Of a stretch of DNA of 64,000 nt, positions 46,147 through 55,112 are shown piece by piece. Every line of letters begins with the position of its first letter. Position 1 is the first letter of the stretch. Both the position numbers and the translations under genes were made by a program. This DNA comes from Anaerolineae bacterium (lineage in GTDB: Bacteria; Chloroflexota; Anaerolineae; S140-20). The notes under the pieces were generated by a model, which was given only the letters and a program-made list of their open reading frames with translations, was not told the DNA's origin and searched no databases. The stretch spans positions 77,213 to 141,212 of the forward strand of contig JALUTT010000145.1 of assembly GCA_027021705.1 (NCBI GenBank), read 5' to 3'.

Positions 46147-48545
46147 CCAGGCCGAAGCTGCACCTCTACCTGGCCCTCCCGCTCCTGCTCGTCTTCTTCG
46201 CCCAGACGATGCATGCGTCGCGGCGGCTCTCCCTCACCTACGACGAGCCCATCTACACCGCCCTGGGGTACGCCGACTGGGTGACGAGGGACCCCCGCTG
46301 GCACCAGGTCATCGGCCATCCGCCGCTGGTGAACCTGCTGACCTCCTGGCCGCTGCTCCTGGGGCCGACCCACCCCGACCCCACCCAGATGCCCGGCTGG
46401 GGGACCGAGGATGCCCTGGGCTTCAGCCGGGCGCTGGTGGTTCAGTTGGGTTCTCTGGACCGCGTCGCCCTGGTCACCCGGCTGCCGGTGATGGGGCTGG
46501 CGTTGCTGCTGGCGGCCCTCGTCTACCGCTGGGCCCAGCAGACCTGGGGCGGGGCGGCCGGCCTGCTGGCCCTGGGGCTGTACGTCTTCGATCCCGCCCT
46601 CCTGGCCCACGGCCAACTCAACACCACCGACATGGGGGTGACCGCCTTCGGCGTGATAGGGTGCTACGCGCTGGCCCGCTACCTGCGGCGCCCCTCCCGA
46701 TGGGCTTTCCTGGGTGCCGGGCTGGCCCTGGGCGCGGCCCTGGCCAGCAAGGCGTCGGGACCCTTCTGGTTGGGGGCGGCCGGCCTGGTGATGGCGCTCT
46801 ACTGGCGTCCCGAGTTCAGACCGGGCCGACGGCTCGTCCTCCTGCGGCGGTGGCTGGTCCGGCTGGCCGGGCTGGTGGGCATAGCCTTGTTCGTGCTGTG
46901 GGCGGCCTACCTCTTCGAGACCCGGCCCCTGACCCCCGGGGGCCTGCCCATCCCGGCGGCCTCCCACTGGGCCGGACTGCCCTACATCCGCGCCTACCTG
47001 GCGACGGGCCAGACGACCTTCCTGGCCGGTCGGCTGATCCCCGGTGGCCACTGGGGTTACTTTCCCCTGGCCTTGCTGCTCAAGACCCCTCTGCCCACCC
47101 TGATCGGGCTGCTGCTGGCCCTCGGGGTGACGCTGCGGCACGGCCTTGGGCCGCGCTGGAGCGCGGTGCCGCTCGCCGTCGTCCCTCTCGTCTACTTGGC
47201 CCTGGCGATGCTGACCGCCCTGAACATCGGCCACCGGCACCTGCTGCCGCTGATGCCCTTTCTCTTCATCTTCATCGCCCGTCTCGCTGCCCCTCACGCG
47301 GCAGGCGACAGGCAACGGACTTTACGCTTTACGCCTCACCTTTCGCGCCTCCTCGGGGTCGGCTTGCTCGCCTGGTACCTCATCGGCACGCTTCGGGTCG
47401 CGCCCCACTACCTAGCCTACTTCAACGAACTGGCCGGCGGCCCCGACGGTGGCTATCGCTACCTGGCCGACTCCAGCCTGGACTGGGGGCAAGCCCTGAA
47501 GGCCCTGAAGCGGTATCAGGACGAGCAGGGCGGTGAGACGATGCGGCTGGCGGCCTTCTCCTCCCTCGACCCGGCCCTCTACGGCCTGCGCTTCGAGCCC
47601 ATCCCCCCGACGGTGGGGGCCCCCATCACGCTGACCGCCCGCTTCAACCCGGCGCCGGGTCTGTACGCCATCAGCGTCACCCCGCTGCAGGGCGTCTGGG
47701 TGCTGGACCCGGACACCTATGACTGGTTCCGCCATCGGGAGCCGGTGGCCCGCGTCGGTCACGTGCTCTTTGTCTACCGGGTGGAGCCGCCTGCGCCGGC
47801 ACCGACCTGGGTGGCCCAGTGCGCGGCCCCCACACCGCCCCTGAGCGCCGAGCAGGTGGCCGAGGGCTTTGGGATCGCCGGCCTGCGGCTGCTGGCCTTC
47901 GACTGCCGGCAGAGCTGGCTCTACCCGACTGGCGGCCCGGGCTGGTACGTGCTGCCCGAGAGGCCGACCGATGAGGGGTGGGTCCGGGAGCGGCTGGCCC
48001 AGGCCCGGCTTTCCTTTGCCCAGCGGGAGCACTGGTCCCACCGGGCCCTTGCCATCTACACCTGGGCGGGTGAGGGGGAGGCCCTGGCGTCCTTGAGACG
48101 CGACGCCTCCTTGCCCGGTGATGGGACGCCGACCGGCCAGGAGTCTCCCGTGGAAGCGCCGATCCGGCTGGACGGCCCGCTGACCTTTCTGGGCTACTGG
48201 GTGGCGGGGGAGACCGCCGCGCCGGGGCAGACGGTGGAACTGACGACCGTCTGGCGGGTGGAGGAGCGGCCGGCCCGTCCCCTCTCCCTGATGGCCCACC
48301 TGGTGCGGGCGGACGGCGTGCCCATCGTCGTCGGCGATGGGATGGGGGTGCCCGTCGAGCAGTGGCAGCCGGGGGACATCCTCGTGCAGCGCCATCGGCT
48401 TCCCATTCCCCCGGGGACGCCGCCGGGCCGCTACCGGCTCCAGACGGGGGCCTACTGGCTGGACACGATGGCCCGCTTCCCGGTCCTGGTGGAGGGACGG
48501 CCGACCGGGGACCGGCTGCTGTTGGCGACCGTGGAGGTTCGATGA
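46143..48545 (+). CDS. GT39/ArnT-like glycosyltransferase, paralog of the preceding gene
   Basis: ATGA overlap; LTYDEPIY, GHPPL, NIGHRHLLP, YLAYFNELAGGP, DSSLDWGQ. Confidence 0.85.
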   Translation: MTRPKLHLYLALPLLLVFFAQTMHASRRLSLTYDEPIYTALGYADWVTRDPRWHQVIGHPPLVNLLTSWPLLLGPTHPDPTQMPGWGTEDALGFSRALVVQLGSLDRVALVTRLPVMGLALLLAALVYRWAQQTWGGAAGLLALGLYVFDPALLAHGQLNTTDMGVTAFGVIGCYALARYLRRPSRWAFLGAGLALGAALASKASGPFWLGAAGLVMALYWRPEFRPGRRLVLLRRWLVRLAGLVGIALFVLWAAYLFETRPLTPGGLPIPAASHWAGLPYIRAYLATGQTTFLAGRLIPGGHWGYFPLALLLKTPLPTLIGLLLALGVTLRHGLGPRWSAVPLAVVPLVYLALAMLTALNIGHRHLLPLMPFLFIFIARLAAPHAAGDRQRTLRFTPHLSRLLGVGLLAWYLIGTLRVAPHYLAYFNELAGGPDGGYRYLADSSLDWGQALKALKRYQDEQGGETMRLAAFSSLDPALYGLRFEPIPPTVGAPITLTARFNPAPGLYAISVTPLQGVWVLDPDTYDWFRHREPVARVGHVLFVYRVEPPAPAPTWVAQCAAPTPPLSAEQVAEGFGIAGLRLLAFDCRQSWLYPTGGPGWYVLPERPTDEGWVRERLAQARLSFAQREHWSHRALAIYTWAGEGEALASLRRDASLPGDGTPTGQESPVEAPIRLDGPLTFLGYWVAGETAAPGQTVELTTVWRVEERPARPLSLMAHLVRADGVPIVVGDGMGVPVEQWQPGDILVQRHRLPIPPGTPPGRYRLQTGAYWLDTMARFPVLVEGRPTGDRLLLATVEVR

Positions 48546-50776
48546 AAAGACCGACCGGCCTGGGATGGCAGCGCCTGCGTCCCTTCGGAGGGATTGGGCT
48601 GATCCTGGTGGCCTTCGTGGCGCTGGGATGGGCTTATGGGCTCGTCATCCCACCCTTCGAGAACCTGGACGAGATCGAGCACTTTGGGGTGGTGCGCTAC
48701 GTGGCCGACACGGGGCGGCTGCCGGTGCACGGGACGCCGGACGCCGAGGTCTACGCCTATCGCCAAGAGGCCTCGCAACCGCCCCTCTACTACCTTCTCT
48801 CGGCGGGGCTGGTCCGGCTGCTGGGGCTCCGGGCCGACGACGCCCTGCGCTTCCTGCGCTTCAACCCTTACGTGGCCTGCGGCTCCTCGGCGCTCCCCTT
48901 CGACTACAACCGGGCGATCCTCTACCACGACCCGGAGGGGGAAGCCTACCCCTGGCAGGGGACGCTCCTGATGCTCCACCTGTTGCGGGCCTGGTCCACC
49001 CTGCTCCAGGTGGCGACGGTGGTGGGCGTCTACGCCATCGCCCGCTTCGTCTTCCCCCACCGGCCTGGATTGCCGGCCCTGGCAGCCGCCATCGTCGCCT
49101 TCAATCCCCAGTTCCTCCAGGTGGCCAGCGGGGTGAACAACGACAACCTGGTGACCCCGCTGGCGACCTGGGGGCTCTACCTGCTGTTGCGGGCGCGGCA
49201 GGAAGGGCTCACAGCCCGTCGAGCCGTGCTGATCGGGCTAGTCATCGGGCTGGCGGGCCTCTCCAAGCTGAGCGGCTGGCTGTTGCTCCCCCTCTTCGGC
49301 GTGGTCGTCTTGGCCCTGGCCCGCCGCCGCACCCCTTCGACCTCCGGTCGCCGGTCCTCTCTCGTTGTTCCCTCGGCGTTGGTCGTCCTGACGGCCCTGC
49401 TCCTCAGCGGCTGGTGGTTCTGGCGCAACTGGCAGCTCTACCGGAGCCCCACCGCCCTGGAGCCGATGCTGGCCTTGGTGGGACGGCGGGCCTCGCCCAT
49501 CTTCCCCCTTCTGGAGACCGGGCTGGTCTTCCGCTCCTTCTGGGGGCAGGTGGCTTGTGCCTTCTATCCGGCCCCTTTCTACGCCTTCTTCGCCCTGCTG
49601 ATGGGCGCGGCCGTGGTCGGCCTGGTCGGTTGCTGGCGCGAGCGGGTCGCCGTCACCCGCCAGAGCGTACCCCTCCTGGTGCTGTGGGGGCTCCTGGTCC
49701 TGGTGGGATGGATCCGGTGGGATATGATCACCCCGGCTCCCGGGGGCCGGCTCCTCTTCCCGGCCCTGGGCGGGGTGGCCCCTCTTCTGGCCTGGGGGCT
49801 GCACCGGCTCTGGCGGGGGCTGGCCCGGCTGGGGCCACCTCTCCTGGCCGGCGTGGCGCTGGTCACCCTGGTTGCCATCCTGCGTCCCATCTACGCCCCG
49901 CCGCCCCGCTACCCGGCGGCCGAGGCGCCAGCCATCCCCCACCCCCTGGAGGCGACCTTCGGTTCCGCCATCCGACTGCTGGGGTACGAGGCCCGGGTGG
50001 ACGACGGACGTCATCGGCTGAACCTGACCCTCTACTGGCAGACGGCAGAGCATCTCTCAGAGGACTACGGGCTGGCGATCCAGATGGTCTCGATCCGGCC
50101 CGGCGACACCACGCTGCTGCTGAACGCCAACACCTGGCCGGGCCGGGGGAACTACCCCACCTCGGCCTGGGAGCCGGGTCTGGTCATCGTGGACCGTTAT
50201 CGCCTGCCCCTGGCTTGGGCTGCCCATCCCACCCAGGCCTGGCGCTTGCAGGTGGTCTTCTACGAGCGGGAGACGGGGCGGCGGCTGCCGGTGCAGGTGG
50301 ACGGACGGCCGGTGGGCGACGCGCTGGGGCTGGAGACGGTGCGGGTGGCCGGGCGCCCCCCGGACTGCCCGGACTCGATGGCGCTGACCCCGGCCCCCCT
50401 CTTCGGCGAGGCCGTCGCCCTCACCCACGGGGCCGTCGAGCCCTCCGACGGGGGGCTAACGGTCCTCCTCTGCTGGCAGAGCCGCCGTCCCCTCGCCGAC
50501 GACTACACCGTCTTCGTCCACGTCCACGATGGGCAGGGGGACCTGGTGGGCACGGGGGATGGACCGCCGATGGCGGGGGCATTCCCCACCTCGCTGTGGC
50601 AGCCGGGCGATGTGGTGCGGGATGAACACCCGGTGGTCCTGCCGGCGGGCGTGGACCCGGCGCAAATCCGGGTCACCGTCGGGCTCTACAAGCTGATGGG
50701 GGGGGAGCGGTTGCCGGTCCAGGTGGGCGCCGAGCACCGTCCCGATGGGGAGGTCGAGGTCTGGACAGGGCAGTGA
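48542..50776 (+). CDS. GT-C membrane glycosyltransferase (GT39/DUF2142-like) with two Ig-like domains
   Basis: ATGA overlap; PFENLDEIEH, QPPLYY, VNNDNL, GRLLFP, DYTVFVH, PTS.WQPG. Confidence 0.85.
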   Translation: MKRPTGLGWQRLRPFGGIGLILVAFVALGWAYGLVIPPFENLDEIEHFGVVRYVADTGRLPVHGTPDAEVYAYRQEASQPPLYYLLSAGLVRLLGLRADDALRFLRFNPYVACGSSALPFDYNRAILYHDPEGEAYPWQGTLLMLHLLRAWSTLLQVATVVGVYAIARFVFPHRPGLPALAAAIVAFNPQFLQVASGVNNDNLVTPLATWGLYLLLRARQEGLTARRAVLIGLVIGLAGLSKLSGWLLLPLFGVVVLALARRRTPSTSGRRSSLVVPSALVVLTALLLSGWWFWRNWQLYRSPTALEPMLALVGRRASPIFPLLETGLVFRSFWGQVACAFYPAPFYAFFALLMGAAVVGLVGCWRERVAVTRQSVPLLVLWGLLVLVGWIRWDMITPAPGGRLLFPALGGVAPLLAWGLHRLWRGLARLGPPLLAGVALVTLVAILRPIYAPPPRYPAAEAPAIPHPLEATFGSAIRLLGYEARVDDGRHRLNLTLYWQTAEHLSEDYGLAIQMVSIRPGDTTLLLNANTWPGRGNYPTSAWEPGLVIVDRYRLPLAWAAHPTQAWRLQVVFYERETGRRLPVQVDGRPVGDALGLETVRVAGRPPDCPDSMALTPAPLFGEAVALTHGAVEPSDGGLTVLLCWQSRRPLADDYTVFVHVHDGQGDLVGTGDGPPMAGAFPTSLWQPGDVVRDEHPVVLPAGVDPAQIRVTVGLYKLMGGERLPVQVGAEHRPDGEVEVWTGQ

Positions 50777-50821
50777 CGTGTCTTGGGAATTCCATCACGG
50801 ACAGGAGGCTAGGGAGGAACA

Positions 50822-52048
50822 ATGTTGATGCAATGCAGACACTCAAGGTACGGTATCCGTGTTGGCAGCCTTCTTCTGGTCAGCATCGCCCTGCTGGTCC
50901 TGGTGCGAGCTTTTTCGTTGCTGGCCCAGGCGGCTCACCGTGGCGATCCCTTCACGTCGCCGCTGTCCGAGGCTCCTTCTCAACGGCAGCAGCGGGACGT
51001 TGGGGTGACCTCGGTGAACCTGATGACCAATGGGGATATGGAGACGGGCTTCTACTGGCGCTACCCCAACCACTGGGTCGCCAACGACTGGTTCGAGTGG
51101 TTCGACCCCGATCACTACCGCATCCCCGAGTACACCGATGGCAATGAACGGGGCTTTGTCCACAGTGGCGATCATTCCCAGCGGCTTCAGCTCTGGGGTG
51201 GGGACTACCTGGCGGGGCTGTTACAGCCCGTCTCTGGCCTGAGCCCCTGCGTCTGGTACCGCCTGGAGGCCTACGGCCAGTCCCGCCCCGGCAGTGAGGA
51301 CCCCCCACCCGTCGAGGTGCCCTCGGGGATGCGGGTGGGGATCGAGCCCAACGGCTGGCTGGCCCACTGGCGGGAGGAGTATCCAGATTACGATCCTAAG
51401 CTGTACGCCAGCGACTTTCCCACCACCGTTGTCTGGTCGTCGGTCCAGGACTCCTACTTCATCTTCTCGCCCTACTCGGTGACGGCGGAAGCCCTCTCGA
51501 CGACGGTGACGGTCATCCTCTACGCCAACCCGCGGGTGGATACCAAGAAGGGTGTCTGGTGGCACGACACGGTGTGGGATGCCGTCTCGTTGCGGCCGGC
51601 CGCTCCCCCCTCGGGCCGGCTCCCGGAGCCGCTCAGTTGGTCCCCCGACGGCTTCATCACCCAGGTGGTGAGCCAGACGGCGGCCAACCGGATGGTCATC
51701 GAGTGGGATACGGCGGAGCCGGCGGTAGGCCAGGTCTGGTACCGGGTGCGGCCACCCAGCGCGCCGGTCACGCCGACAGGTACGTTGCTCCCCTACGTCC
51801 TCTACCTGCCCCTGGTGGCGCGGTGGGAGCTCCCCGACCGCTACACGCCGGCCGAGCAGAGCCTGTCCACCCACCACCAGGCGGTGATCGAAGGGCTGCA
51901 GGAGGGCCAGGTCGTCGAGTTCGTCATCCTCTCCCGCCGGCTGAGGGGGGGAACCTGTCAGACCTCGGTCTCCCCCTTCTTCCAGGTGGTGGTCCGCACC
52001 TCCGGCTCCACCTGGCTTCACCTTTGGCCTGCCGGGAGGTGGGGATGA
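50822..52048 (+). CDS. Secreted protein with CBM-like and FN3-like domains
   Basis: Signal peptide, NLMTNGDME, VHSGDHSQ, VGIEPNG, WDAVSL, IEWDT.EP, H...IEGL. Confidence 0.7.
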   Translation: MLMQCRHSRYGIRVGSLLLVSIALLVLVRAFSLLAQAAHRGDPFTSPLSEAPSQRQQRDVGVTSVNLMTNGDMETGFYWRYPNHWVANDWFEWFDPDHYRIPEYTDGNERGFVHSGDHSQRLQLWGGDYLAGLLQPVSGLSPCVWYRLEAYGQSRPGSEDPPPVEVPSGMRVGIEPNGWLAHWREEYPDYDPKLYASDFPTTVVWSSVQDSYFIFSPYSVTAEALSTTVTVILYANPRVDTKKGVWWHDTVWDAVSLRPAAPPSGRLPEPLSWSPDGFITQVVSQTAANRMVIEWDTAEPAVGQVWYRVRPPSAPVTPTGTLLPYVLYLPLVARWELPDRYTPAEQSLSTHHQAVIEGLQEGQVVEFVILSRRLRGGTCQTSVSPFFQVVVRTSGSTWLHLWPAGRWG

Positions 52049-54321
52049 GACGTTGGTCTCTGATCCCGCTCCTGGGCGGCTTCCTCCTGCTGGGGCTGGT
52101 CTACAGCTTGACCACGCCCCTCTTCGAGGCTCCCGACGAGGTGTGGCACTACGCCTACGTGCGCTACCTGGCCGAGGGGCACGGCCTCCCCTCGATGCGG
52201 GACAATGCCAGCGGAGCCTACCAGGAGGTTGCTCAACCGCCGCTCTACTACCTGGTGGCGGCGGCGGTGAGCCGTTGGGTGGACGATGGGGACCTGCCCG
52301 ATCTGATGTGGCACAACCCTGGCTTCGGCTACCAGGCCGGGGGGACGGTCAACGACAACAAGAACATGCTCATCCACACGGCGCGGGAGCGGTTCCCTTG
52401 GCAGGGGGCGGTCCTCGCCATCCGGGTCACCCGGCTGGTCTCCCTGGGCTTTGGCCTGCTGGCGCTTCTGGCGGTCCACAGCCTGGGGAGGGCGGCCTTT
52501 CCCGACCGTCCGGCGCTGGCCTGGCTGACGGCGGCCACCGTTGCCTTTACACCCCAGTTCCTCTTCCTCAGCGGCGTGGTGAGCAACGACAGTGCGGCCG
52601 CTGCCCTCTCCACCCTGGCCCTGGCCCGCATCGCCTGGCTGGTACGGGGGGAGCGCGGCGGGTGGAAGGGGGCCGGGGTGACCGGCCTCGTCCTGGGGCT
52701 GGCGGTCTTGACGAAGGTGAGCACCTTGCTTCTGCTCCCCCTCGCCTTGATCGCCCTGGTGGTGGCCGGAAGGCGGCGGAGGAGCGAGGAAGAGGTGGAA
52801 AGTCTGAGGCGGTGGGTCGCCGAGGGCGGGGTGATGGTGGCGGTGGCGCTGGCCGTGGGGGGATGGTGGTACCTCCGCAACGGGCTGCTCTACGGAGACC
52901 CCCTGGGGGTCCGCGTCCACGTGGGCACGCCCTGGGGACGGCCCGCGCCTGTCTCCCTGATCGCGCTGTTGCCGGAGCTCCCCCGGGTCTACCGGTCTTT
53001 CTGGGGAGCCTTCGGCTGGGGCCACGTGGAGTTCCCCCCCGCCGTCTACCTCCTCCTGGGAGGGCTGGTGGTGCTCGCGCTGGTAGGATGGGGCTTGGCC
53101 CTGATCCGGCGACGGCCGGCCCGATGGCTGCGCCGAGGGTGGCCCATCTTCCTGCTGGCCCTAGTCTGGTGGGGGCTCGTCTTCGCTGCCCTCCTGCGCT
53201 GGATGCAGCAGGTGGAAGCCCCTCACGGCCGGCTCCTCTTCCCTGCCCTGGGGGCCTGGGCGCTCCTGCTGGTGGGGGGCTGGGCCGCCCTCGCCGACCG
53301 TCTGGCCCCTCACCTGCCCAGGGGGTGGACCCCTTCCCTCCCTTTTGCGCCCCTCGCTCTCCTGGTGCCCCTAGCGCTGGCCGCCCCCTTCGCCATCATC
53401 CGGCCGGCCTTCGCACCGCCTCGGCTGCTGCCCCCGGAACGGGCCAAGGCTGCCGTCATCCCTACCGACCTGGTCTACAGCCTTCCCCTCACCGTCTCCG
53501 GCGAGGAGACCTCTCCCGTGGCCCGGCTGCTGGGCGTCGCTCTGGACCGGGAGGTGGTGACGCCGGGGGCCTGGCTGACGGTGCGGGCTTGCTGGGAGGG
53601 GCTGGCCCCGATGGAGGAGGACTACACCGTCTTCGTCCACCTGCTGGGGCCGGAGAACCGGCGGGTGGCCGAGCGCAACACCTATCCGGGGCTGGGGCGC
53701 TTTCCCACCTCCCTCTGGCCAGTGGGGCGGGCTTTCTGCGACGACTACCGGCTGCGGGTGGAGCCCTGGGCCCCCGTCCCGGAGCGGTACGACGTGGAGA
53801 TCGGGCTCTATCGGGCGACCGATGGGGCGCGGCTGCCGGTCCACAACGCGGCCGGTTTCGCCGTCGCGCCGCCCATCGTCGCCTCCGTGCGGGTGGTGCC
53901 ACCGCGTCCGCTGGCGGTGCGCCCGCAGCGGGAGACCGCCTATCGGCTGGGGGAGGCCATCGCGCTGGTGGGGTACGACCTGGCGGGGAGGCTGGAGCCC
54001 GGCGCGGCGGTGACGCTCACCCTCTACTGGCGGGCCGAGGGGGTGCCCGAGGGGGATTACACCGTCTTCGTCCACCTGCTAGACAGGGCGGGGGAGATGG
54101 TCGCCCAGCACGACAGCCCGCCCCGCTATGGGCGCTACCCGACCGTCCTTTGGCGGGCCGGGGATGTGGTGCCCGACGACCATCCGCTCACGGTGCCGGC
54201 CGACGCCGTCGGTCCCTTCCGCCTGCGGGTGGGGCTCTACCGGCCTGACACCCTGGAGCGGCTGCCCGTCTCGGGCCCTGAGGGGGTGCTGCCGGATCGG
54301 GCTGTTCTGCTCTCCCCGTAA
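52045..54321 (+). CDS. GT-C membrane glycosyltransferase (GT39/DUF2142-like) with two Ig-like domains
   Basis: ATGA overlap; PLFEAPDEVWH, QPPLYY, VSNDS, GRLLFP, DYTVFVHL twice. Confidence 0.85.
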   Translation: MRRWSLIPLLGGFLLLGLVYSLTTPLFEAPDEVWHYAYVRYLAEGHGLPSMRDNASGAYQEVAQPPLYYLVAAAVSRWVDDGDLPDLMWHNPGFGYQAGGTVNDNKNMLIHTARERFPWQGAVLAIRVTRLVSLGFGLLALLAVHSLGRAAFPDRPALAWLTAATVAFTPQFLFLSGVVSNDSAAAALSTLALARIAWLVRGERGGWKGAGVTGLVLGLAVLTKVSTLLLLPLALIALVVAGRRRRSEEEVESLRRWVAEGGVMVAVALAVGGWWYLRNGLLYGDPLGVRVHVGTPWGRPAPVSLIALLPELPRVYRSFWGAFGWGHVEFPPAVYLLLGGLVVLALVGWGLALIRRRPARWLRRGWPIFLLALVWWGLVFAALLRWMQQVEAPHGRLLFPALGAWALLLVGGWAALADRLAPHLPRGWTPSLPFAPLALLVPLALAAPFAIIRPAFAPPRLLPPERAKAAVIPTDLVYSLPLTVSGEETSPVARLLGVALDREVVTPGAWLTVRACWEGLAPMEEDYTVFVHLLGPENRRVAERNTYPGLGRFPTSLWPVGRAFCDDYRLRVEPWAPVPERYDVEIGLYRATDGARLPVHNAAGFAVAPPIVASVRVVPPRPLAVRPQRETAYRLGEAIALVGYDLAGRLEPGAAVTLTLYWRAEGVPEGDYTVFVHLLDRAGEMVAQHDSPPRYGRYPTVLWRAGDVVPDDHPLTVPADAVGPFRLRVGLYRPDTLERLPVSGPEGVLPDRAVLLSP

Positions 54322-54333
54322 GCGCTGAGGAGT

Positions 54334-54555
54334 AGAAACGCAGAGACGCAAAGACGCAGAGCTAGAGACGCAAAGTTGCAGAGGGTGAACAGCTTTGCGC
54401 CTCCAGCCTCCGCGTCGGAAGGGAGGAGCCTGTGCACGAAAACCAGAAACGCAGAGACGCAAAGACGCAGAGCTAGAGAGGCAGAGTTGCAGAGGGTGAA
54501 CAGCTTTGCGCCTCCAGCCTCCGCGTCGGAAGGGAGGAGCCTGTGCACGAAAACC
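54334..54555 (+). repeat. 111-bp tandem duplication spanning the GxxExxY leader, RBS and first codons
   Basis: 54334-54444 and 54445-54555 differ at two positions. Confidence 0.95.
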
Positions 54556-54923
54556 AGATTAGCCGGATCATCCTGGATGCCGCCATCGAGGTCCACCGCA
54601 CGCTGGGCGGCCCTGGCCTTCTGGAGAGTGTCTACGAAGAGGCCCTGGTCTGGGAACTGAAACAGCGCGGTCTGACTGTTGAACGTCAGAAATCGGTCCC
54701 CATTATTTACAAAGGCCGAACCCTAGGTACACCATTGCGCCTCGATCTGCTGGTGAATGGTAAGGTCATCGTGGAATGTAAAGCGACCACTGACTACAAC
54801 CCGATTTTCGAGGTTCAGACACTGACCTACCTGCGCTTGACTGGCTTGAAGCTTGGGTTGGTCATCAACTTCGGCGAACGTTTGATCAAGCACGGCTTTC
54901 ATCGTGTGGTGAATGGATTGTAA
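54543..54923 (+). CDS. GxxExxY protein (PD-(D/E)XK-like)
   Basis: VHRTLGGPGLLESVYEEAL, RLDLLV, IVECK, Q.LTYL, GLVINF. Confidence 0.93.
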   Translation: MHENQISRIILDAAIEVHRTLGGPGLLESVYEEALVWELKQRGLTVERQKSVPIIYKGRTLGTPLRLDLLVNGKVIVECKATTDYNPIFEVQTLTYLRLTGLKLGLVINFGERLIKHGFHRVVNGL

Positions 54924-55032
54924 AACGCAGAGACGCTGAGACGCAAACGCGGAGACGCTGAGACGCAAACGCGGAGACGCTGAGACGCAAACGCGGAGAC
55001 GCTGAGACGCAAACGCGGAGACGCTGAGACGC
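54923..55032 (+). repeat. 22-bp tandem repeat x5
   Basis: AAACGC(A/G)GAGACGCTGAGACGC x5 starting at the stop codon. Confidence 0.95.
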
Positions 55033-55112
55033 AGAGGTGCGAGGAATAAAGCGCTCTGCGCCTCTGCGCCTTTGCGTCTCTGCGTTGAGTTGTCAGATTA
55101 GCAGGTCCGAGA

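Noticed and set aside
54923..55032. 22-bp x5 array as a CRISPR array
   Set aside because: Units are contiguous with no unique spacers, and there are no cas genes.
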